From: Anaeromyxobacter sp.
GTDB taxonomy: Bacteria > Myxococcota > Myxococcia > Myxococcales > Anaeromyxobacteraceae
Direction: 5' to 3'
DNA length: 64,000 bases
NCBI GenBank assembly: GCA_049840735.1
Contig: JASGJN010000020.1
Span: 832,001-896,000 of the forward strand
Positions 54,605-64,000 of this stretch are shown piece after piece (positions within the stretch are counted from its first letter, which is position 1; every line of letters begins with the position of its first letter). The notes under the pieces are model-generated. The model saw nothing but the letters and a program-made list of their open reading frames with translations. It did no database searches and had not been told where the DNA came from. Both the position numbers and the translations under genes were made by a program.

Positions 54605-55105
54605 ATGCCTGCCGACATCGCGCCCTCCCAGTACCTCACCTTCACCCTCGACCAGGAGCGCTACGCGGTCGAGATCGCCCGGGTGCGGGAGGTGCTGGAG
54701 TTCACCACCGTCAACAAGGTCCCGCGCACGCCCGACTTCATGCGCGGCATGATCAACCTGCGCGGCAACGTGGTCCCGGTCATCGACCTGCGGCTCAAGT
54801 TCGGCCTGGGCCCCACCCAGCGCACCGTCGACACCTGCGTCATCATCAGCGAGGTGATGGTGGACGGCGAGGCGCTGGTGCTGGGGGCGCTGGCCGACTC
54901 GGTCCAGGAGGTGATCGAGCTCGACGCCGCCAGCATCGCGCCCCCGCCGCGCATGGGCACCCGCGTGGCCATGGAGTTCATCCGCGGCGTGGGGAAGCGG
55001 GACGACCAGTTCCTGATCCTCCTCGACCTGGACCGCGTCCTGGCCGAGGACGAGCTGCAGGCCGTGGCCGCCGTCCCCGCCACGGCCCCCGCCCCCAGCG
55101 CCTGA
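54605..55105 (+). CDS. cheW: Chemotaxis coupling protein
   Basis: QYLTFTL, VREVLE, GMINLRGNVVPVIDLR. Confidence 0.95.
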   Translation: MPADIAPSQYLTFTLDQERYAVEIARVREVLEFTTVNKVPRTPDFMRGMINLRGNVVPVIDLRLKFGLGPTQRTVDTCVIISEVMVDGEALVLGALADSVQEVIELDAASIAPPPRMGTRVAMEFIRGVGKRDDQFLILLDLDRVLAEDELQAVAAVPATAPAPSA

Positions 55106-55112
55106 GCGCCCC

Positions 55113-56038
55113 GTGCCGGATCGCCTGCCCCCCTCCCCGCCTCCGCCCCGGCCCCCGGGCCCCGTCGGCGAGGCGGGGGAGGCGGGCGAGGACCGCCTGG
55201 GCGCGGGCAGCCGCCCCCTGCTCTCGGCCGCCGACTTCGCGCGGCTGGGCGCCTTCATCCAGGACCGGTTCGGCATCCGCATGCCGCCCGCCAAGCGGAC
55301 GCTGCTGGAGGCGCGGCTGGCGAAGCGCGTCCGGGCGCTGGGGCTGTCCGGGTTCACCGCCTACTGCGACCTGGTCCTGGGCGGCGGTCGCACCGACGAG
55401 CTGGTCGAGCTGGTGGACCGCGTCACCACCCACAAGACCGACTTCTTCCGCGAGCCGCAGCACTTCGAGATCCTGGTGCAGACCGTGCTGCCCGAGCTCG
55501 CGGCCCGGCGCGCCGCCGGGCGCGACCGCGAGCTGCGGGTCTGGAGCGCCGCCTGCTCCACCGGCGAGGAGCCCTACACGCTCGCCATGGTGCTTGCCGA
55601 GCAGCCGGGGCTGCGCTTCAGGATCCTGGCCACCGACCTCTCCGAGGGCGTGCTCAGGCAGGCCGCCGAGGCCACCTACCCCGAGCCGCTGATCGCCCCC
55701 ATCCCGCTGCCGCTGCGGCGCAAGTACCTGATGCGCAGCGTCGCCGACCCGGAGGTGGTCAAGGTGCGGCGGAGCCTGCGCGCCACCGTGGGCTTCCAGC
55801 AGCTGAACCTGCTCGCCCCGTCCTACGCGGTGGGGGGGAGGCTCGACGTGATCTTCTGCCGGAACGTGTTCATCTACTTCGACCGGCCCACGCAGGGGGA
55901 GATCCTGCGCCGCTTCGAGGCCGCGCTGGGGCCGGGGGGGTACCTGTTCATGGGCCACTCGGAGTCGATCAACGGCCAGGCGGGCGCGTTCCAGGCGGTG
56001 GCGCCCACCGTCTACCGGGTCCGCCAGGAGGGCGGCCC

Positions 56039-56042
<4 letters not shown>
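55113..56042 (+). CDS. cheR: Chemotaxis methyltransferase
   Basis: [41 protein letters not shown]. Confidence 0.95.
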
Positions 56043-58749
<2,707 letters not shown>

Positions 58750-58751
58750 GA

Positions 58752-59891
58752 TCAGTGCTTCCCGCCCTCGGGCCCCTTGGCCGCCTGCTCCTTCTTCATC
58801 ACCCAGGCCTTGGCCTGCGCCTGGATGGTCTGCGGCACGTTCCGGTCGCGGGCCAGCTCCTTGATGTCCTTCTCCTGCAGCGTGAGCAGGAACTTGAGCG
58901 CCGTGGGGAGCGGGACCTTGGGGTTCTTCACCAGCGAGATCTTGATGGCGTAGGTCCGGAGGAACTCGCGGTTGGAGTAGATGTAGCGGAGCACGTCGGC
59001 GTTGACGGTGCGCGAGTTGGCCAGCGAGATCACCTCGCCGTCGGTGATGCGCGGGCTGGTGGCGGCCGCCATGCAGACCAGCTTGTTGGCGTCGCGCAGC
59101 AGGATGGTGCGCGCCTCCTTGTTGCCCAGCGTGGCCAGCTTGATCTTCTCCGAGACGCTCATGCGCATGATGCGCTGGGTGATGTTGAGCTTTTTCTGGG
59201 CGCTCTCGTCGGTCTCCGCCACCGGCGCGCCGTCCGCGCCCTCCACGGCCAGCTCGGAGGAGTACTCGGCCATCAGCCCGGCGGCGGTGTCGGCGGGGTC
59301 CACGGGCTTGTGGCTGGGATCCACGCCGTGGATGCGCTTGTGCGCCTCGACCAGCTGCGGGACGTCGAGCAGCGTGAGGCCGTTGCGGACGCAGAAGTCG
59401 CAGGCGCCGTCGATGGTGGAGGCCAGCGCGCTGGGGTTCTGGCACAGCCCCCGGATGATCCCCTCGTGGCGCAGGATGCGGAGCTCGTTCTGGCGGACCA
59501 CCTCGGAGAGCTTCTGCGAGACGGCGGGCGCCAGGCGGGCGAAGGTGTCGTCGGGCGTGGTGGGGTTGAGGAGGATCAGCTCCAGCGCGGCGTCCTTGGT
59601 GGCGAGCCGGTCGGCCAGCCAGTCCAGCACGGCGCCGGCCACGCCCTCGGAGCGGAGGGCCACGCCCCAGATCTTGTCGGGCAGCCCCTCGGCGGTCTTC
59701 ACCGCGGTCTCGCGCACGGTGGCGTCGCCGTCGAACGAGAGCATGAAGAGCAGCGTGGAGAGGTCCACCGGGGCCACGGCGGGGACGAGCCCCTTCGCCC
59801 CCATCGTCCGGAGCGGCGCCGGCGCGCCGGGATCGGCGTGCTTCTGCAGCGGCTTGGGCAGCGCGTCGAGCGGCAGCGGACAGTCGGCCAT
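58752..59891 (-). CDS. Conserved hypothetical helical-repeat protein
   Basis: Host-like ORF; C-terminal MSVSEKIKLATLGNKEAR..LVKNPKVP helical (HEAT-like) region. Confidence 0.75.
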   Translation of the reverse strand: MADCPLPLDALPKPLQKHADPGAPAPLRTMGAKGLVPAVAPVDLSTLLFMLSFDGDATVRETAVKTAEGLPDKIWGVALRSEGVAGAVLDWLADRLATKDAALELILLNPTTPDDTFARLAPAVSQKLSEVVRQNELRILRHEGIIRGLCQNPSALASTIDGACDFCVRNGLTLLDVPQLVEAHKRIHGVDPSHKPVDPADTAAGLMAEYSSELAVEGADGAPVAETDESAQKKLNITQRIMRMSVSEKIKLATLGNKEARTILLRDANKLVCMAAATSPRITDGEVISLANSRTVNADVLRYIYSNREFLRTYAIKISLVKNPKVPLPTALKFLLTLQEKDIKELARDRNVPQTIQAQAKAWVMKKEQAAKGPEGGKH

Positions 59892-59893
59892 GG

Positions 59894-60472
59894 TCAGCGG
59901 TCCTCGGGTGCGGCGGGCGGCGGCGCGGCGGGGCCGGCGGCCTCGGGCGCGGCGGGCTGGTCGATCATGCCCAGCGCCACGGGGGAGAGCTCGTAGGCGG
60001 GCGCGTGGCGGTGGCGCCAGCGGTGGCGCCACCGGCCGAGCGCGCGGTTGAGGGGGTTGCCCCGCGCCAGGAAGGGCAGCACCGGCTCGCTGCGCGTGCC
60101 CAGGGCGGCCAGCGCGGCCTGCAGCCGCGGCTCGTCCGGCCACAGGTCCAGCCCGCGGGAGACGGCCTTGACCGCCCGGTCGCGCTGGTTGAGCGCCAGG
60201 TGGACGCGGGCCAGGTTGAGGAGCAGGTCGGGCTGCACGCCGCCCAGCCGCAGGGCCTGGTCGCACAGCTGCACGCCCAGGTTGGAGTTCTTCTCCACCA
60301 GCACCAGCGTGACGCCGTACCACGACATCATCCGCACGTCGCGGGTGTCGCGGCGGTGGGCGCGCGCGAAGGCGGCGTGCGCGGCGTCGAGGTCGCGCGC
60401 CTGGAAGGCGGCGAGCCCCTCGTCGAGGGCGGCCTGGGCGGAGGGGTCGGCGGACGGCGGGGCGGGGCTCAT
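59894..60472 (-). CDS. TPR-repeat protein
   Basis: TPR-like helices LLLNLARVHL..AVKAVSRGL. Confidence 0.75.
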   Translation of the reverse strand: MSPAPPSADPSAQAALDEGLAAFQARDLDAAHAAFARAHRRDTRDVRMMSWYGVTLVLVEKNSNLGVQLCDQALRLGGVQPDLLLNLARVHLALNQRDRAVKAVSRGLDLWPDEPRLQAALAALGTRSEPVLPFLARGNPLNRALGRWRHRWRHRHAPAYELSPVALGMIDQPAAPEAAGPAAPPPAAPEDR

Positions 60473-60476
60473 GGGC

Positions 60477-61259
<783 letters not shown>

Positions 61260-61346
61260 GGCCGGAGCCTAGCGTCGGGCACCCGGGCGGTCAATCGTGC
61301 CGTCGCCTCAGGGGAATTCGGGCTTCAGCGACGGGACCGCCAGGGC

Positions 61347-62354
61347 TTACCGCTTCCCGTCCTTCCCCCGCAGCAGCAGCACGTCGCCGGCGAGGATCCG
61401 CTCCAGGCGGCCTCCGCAGCGGACCAGCAGGGCGCCGGACTCGTCCACGTCCTCGGCCACGCCGGTCAGCTCCCGCCCCTCGGCCTTGACGACCACCTCC
61501 TGGCCCAGGGTCACGCTGCGCGCCTTCCAGGCCTCGCGGACCGCCGCGAAGCCGTCCTCGGCGTGCCGGTCCAGCCACTCCTCGAGCGAGCCGAGACAGG
61601 CCGCCAGGAACAGCGCGCGCGGCGCGGGCTCTCCGCGCTCCACGCGGACGCTGGTGGCCTCGTCGCGGAGCTCCGGCGGGAAGTCCTCGGTGCGGGCGTT
61701 CACGTTCACGCCCACCCCAAGCACCACCCACTGGACGCGGTCGGGCTCGGCCGCCAGCTCGGTCAGGATGCCGGCGATCTTGCGGCCGCCCACCAGCAGG
61801 TCGTTGGGCCACTTGATGCCGGCGCCGGGGACGCCGGCGTGGCGGAGGGCGTCGCAGATGGCGACCGAGGCCACCAGCGTCAGCTCCGGGGCGCGCGCGG
61901 GGGGCAGCTCCGGGCGCAGCACCACCGAGAAGGAGACGTTCATGCCCGGCGGCGAGACCCAGCTGCGCCCACGCCGGCCGCGGCCGGCGGTCTGGCGCTC
62001 CGCCACCACCACCTCGCCGTGGGCCGCCCCGTCCTCGGCCAGCGCCTTGGCGTGGTCGCTGGTGGAGCCCAGCTCTTCGAAGGCGTGGAGCGTCTGGCCC
62101 AGGTCGTGGGTGCCGAGCAGCGGCCGCAGCTCCAGGCCGGTCAGGCGGTCGGGGATGGCGACCAGCCGGTAGCCGCGGGCCGGGACGGCGTCGACCCGGT
62201 AGCCCTTGGTGCGCAGCGCGTTGACGTGCTTCCAGACCGCGGCGCGCGAGAGCCCGAGCTTGTCCGAGATGGCCTCGCCGGAGACGAACTCGTCCCCCGC
62301 CTCGGCGAGGAACGAGAGGACGAGCTCCTCGGAGTCGGGCGGGTCGGGGGGCAC
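61347..62354 (-). CDS. birA: Bifunctional biotin ligase/repressor
   Basis: HTH SGEAIS..SRAAVWK, QTAGRGRRGR, KWPND, KIAGIL; start approximate. Confidence 0.94.
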   Translation of the reverse strand: MPPDPPDSEELVLSFLAEAGDEFVSGEAISDKLGLSRAAVWKHVNALRTKGYRVDAVPARGYRLVAIPDRLTGLELRPLLGTHDLGQTLHAFEELGSTSDHAKALAEDGAAHGEVVVAERQTAGRGRRGRSWVSPPGMNVSFSVVLRPELPPARAPELTLVASVAICDALRHAGVPGAGIKWPNDLLVGGRKIAGILTELAAEPDRVQWVVLGVGVNVNARTEDFPPELRDEATSVRVERGEPAPRALFLAACLGSLEEWLDRHAEDGFAAVREAWKARSVTLGQEVVVKAEGRELTGVAEDVDESGALLVRCGGRLERILAGDVLLLRGKDGKR

Positions 62355-62420
62355 CGGTGCGAGATCCTCGGGGGGCGGGACCGAGGTGTCAATGGGTACC
62401 GTGATGCTGGGCGGTGAAAG

Positions 62421-62475
62421 GAGGGGGCCTGGGCGGCCCCCTCCCCCCAGCAAAGCTGGGGCCCCCCACCCCCGC
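62421..62475. repeat. REP-like family B, second copy
   Basis: GAGGGGGCC..GGCCCCCTC-CCCCCAGCAAAGCTGGGG-CCCCCCACCCCCGC; same architecture as 17799-17844. Confidence 0.6.
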
Positions 62476-62478
62476 CAG

Positions 62479-63315
62479 TCAGGCCAGCTCGAACGAGATG
62501 TCCACGGCCTTGGCGCTGTGGGTGACGGCGCCCATCGAGACGAAGTCCACGCCGGTGGCGGCCACGCGCGGCAGCCGCTCCAGGGTCATGTTCCCGCTGG
62601 CCTCGAGCAGCACCCGGCCGTTCGTCCGCTTCACGGCCTGGGCGATCATGTCGTCGCTCATGTTGTCGAGCAGGACGATGTCGGCCCCGCCGGCGATGGC
62701 GGTCTCCAGGCCCAGCAGGTCGGTGACCTCCACCTCGATCCGGAACATCGCGCCCGCCCGGGCGCGCGCCCGGCGGACCGCCTCCGCCACGCCACCGCAG
62801 GCGGCGACGTGGTTGTCCTTGATGAGCACGCCGTCGCCCAGGCTGAACCGGTGGTTCTTGCCGCCACCCGCGCGGACCGCCGCCTTCTCCAGCATGCGCC
62901 AGCCGGGCGTGGTCTTGCGGGTGTCGAGCAGCCGGGTGCGGGCCCCGCCGGCCTCCAGCGCGTCCACGCAGCGGCGCGTGGTGGTGGCCACGCCCGAGAG
63001 GCGCTGGAGGAAGTTGAGGGCGGTGCGCTCGGCGGAGAGCAGCGCGCGCACCGGCCCGCGGGCGACCCCGATCACCTCGCCGCGGGCGACGCGCGCGCCG
63101 TCTTCGCGCACGAACCGGCAGGACGCGCCGAGCCGCTCGAACACGCGGGCCGCGACGGCGCTGCCGGCGAGGACGAGGTCCTCCTTCACCAGGAAGGACC
63201 CCTCGCCCTCGGAGGACGGATCGATGGTGGCCTCGCTGGTCGCGTCGCCGAGGAGGAGGTCCTCCTCCAGCGCGAGATCCAGGAGCCGTTCTGCGTGAGC
63301 CTGGAGCTGGGGCAT
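62479..63315 (-). CDS. nadC: Nicotinate-nucleotide diphosphorylase (quinolinate PRTase)
   Basis: ERTALNFLQ, DTRKTTPG, NHRFSL, LIKDNH, LLDNM, EASG. Confidence 0.96.
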   Translation of the reverse strand: MPQLQAHAERLLDLALEEDLLLGDATSEATIDPSSEGEGSFLVKEDLVLAGSAVAARVFERLGASCRFVREDGARVARGEVIGVARGPVRALLSAERTALNFLQRLSGVATTTRRCVDALEAGGARTRLLDTRKTTPGWRMLEKAAVRAGGGKNHRFSLGDGVLIKDNHVAACGGVAEAVRRARARAGAMFRIEVEVTDLLGLETAIAGGADIVLLDNMSDDMIAQAVKRTNGRVLLEASGNMTLERLPRVAATGVDFVSMGAVTHSAKAVDISFELA

Positions 63316-63324
63316 CTCGAGCTG

Positions 63325-63696
63325 CTAGCGCCCCTTCTTCCTGGCCGGCTTCTTCGCCGGCTTCTTCACGGCCTTCTTGGCCGCCACCTTCTTGGCCGGC
63401 TTCTTCGCGACCTTCTTGGCCGCCTTCTTGGCCGGGGCCTTCTTGGCCGCCTTCTTCACCGGCTTCTTCGCGGCCTTCTTGGCGGCGGGCTTCTTCGCCG
63501 TCGCCCGCTTGAGGGCCTTCCTCGCCTTGGGGCCTGCCGCCTTCACCTTCTCGACCACCGCCTCGACGGCGCTGGCGACCGCGGCCATGACCGGCTTCGC
63601 AGCCTCGGTCACCTTCTCGGTGACCTCGGCGGCCACGGACTGCATGGTGGGGGCGGCGGGAGCCGCCTCCGGGGCCTTCTGCTCGTTGTTCTCCAT
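63325..63696 (-). CDS. Histone H1-like (HctB/AlgP-type) protein, internal in-frame start within valS
   Basis: AGGAGG..ATG at 63696; KKPAAKKAAKK repeats; 123 aa. Confidence 0.6.
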   Translation of the reverse strand: MENNEQKAPEAAPAAPTMQSVAAEVTEKVTEAAKPVMAAVASAVEAVVEKVKAAGPKARKALKRATAKKPAAKKAAKKPVKKAAKKAPAKKAAKKVAKKPAKKVAAKKAVKKPAKKPARKKGR

Positions 63697-64000
63697 GGTG
63701 TCCCTCCTGTCGGAAGTGGGCTCCGCACCGGAAAGCATCGCACGATGCGCTTCGAGCTTGCTTCTTTTTTCACGCAGCTCGTCCGCCCGCGCACGGTCCT
63801 TCTCGACCACCTCGGGCGGCGCCTTCTGCACGAAGGACGGATTCTGGAGCTTCTTCTCGATTCCGGCGAGGTCCTGTTCGAGCTTCGCGAGCTCCTTCTC
63901 GACCCGGGCCGCCTCGGCGGCCAGGTCCAGGACGCCGGCCAGGTGCACCCGGAGCTCGAAGCCCGGGCCCACCGCGACGGCGGTCTGGGGCGCGGCCGGG
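63325..64000 (-). CDS. valS: Valyl-tRNA synthetase C-terminus (5' part outside the window), fused in frame to a Lys/Ala-rich tail
   Basis: LAGVLDLAAEAARVEKEL..KKLQNPSFVQKAPPEVVEK, the ValRS tRNA-binding coiled-coil arm. Confidence 0.85.
   Translation of the reverse strand, partial: PAAPQTAVAVGPGFELRVHLAGVLDLAAEAARVEKELAKLEQDLAGIEKKLQNPSFVQKAPPEVVEKDRARADELREKRSKLEAHRAMLSGAEPTSDRRDTMENNEQKAPEAAPAAPTMQSVAAEVTEKVTEAAKPVMAAVASAVEAVVEKVKAAGPKARKALKRATAKKPAAKKAAKKPVKKAAKKAPAKKAAKKVAKKPAKKVAAKKAVKKPAKKPARKKGR

Overview
High-GC chromosomal DNA from a myxobacterium, most like Anaeromyxobacter (inferred from TIGR02266 PilZ proteins, an ECF sigma/anti-sigma/frzS-like block and a CglB-like lipoprotein). 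Most of the window is housekeeping: fatty-acid and CoA metabolism, guaAB, miaB, rRNA methyltransferases, coaBC/coaX/birA/nadC, murJ, the valS 3' end, and a STAS-cheY-cheA-mcp-cheW-cheR-cheB cluster. The standout is a ~2.25 kb insertion (13632-15875) in the last codons of a vanZ-like gene. It has terminal inverted repeats and a TA-type target duplication at a CTAG site. It carries a large (~660 aa) TnpB/Cas12-like RuvC nuclease with an intact D-E-D triad, whose 3' end overlaps a structured putative omega-RNA. On the opposite strand it retains a decayed 3' fragment of an IS5/ISL2 (Harbinger-related) DDE transposase. This looks like an RNA-guided nuclease carried by a cut-and-paste TIR transposon rather than by IS200/IS605 or IS607. 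Other observations: valS fused in frame to a histone-H1-like protein that has its own RBS, a SigR-type autoregulatory promoter, a soluble MCP-like protein with two signalling tips, two REP-like repeat families, and five single-base frameshifts at GATC/CCWGG motifs (probably long-read errors). No rRNA, tRNA or CRISPR array was seen. All family calls come from motif recognition, not database searches.
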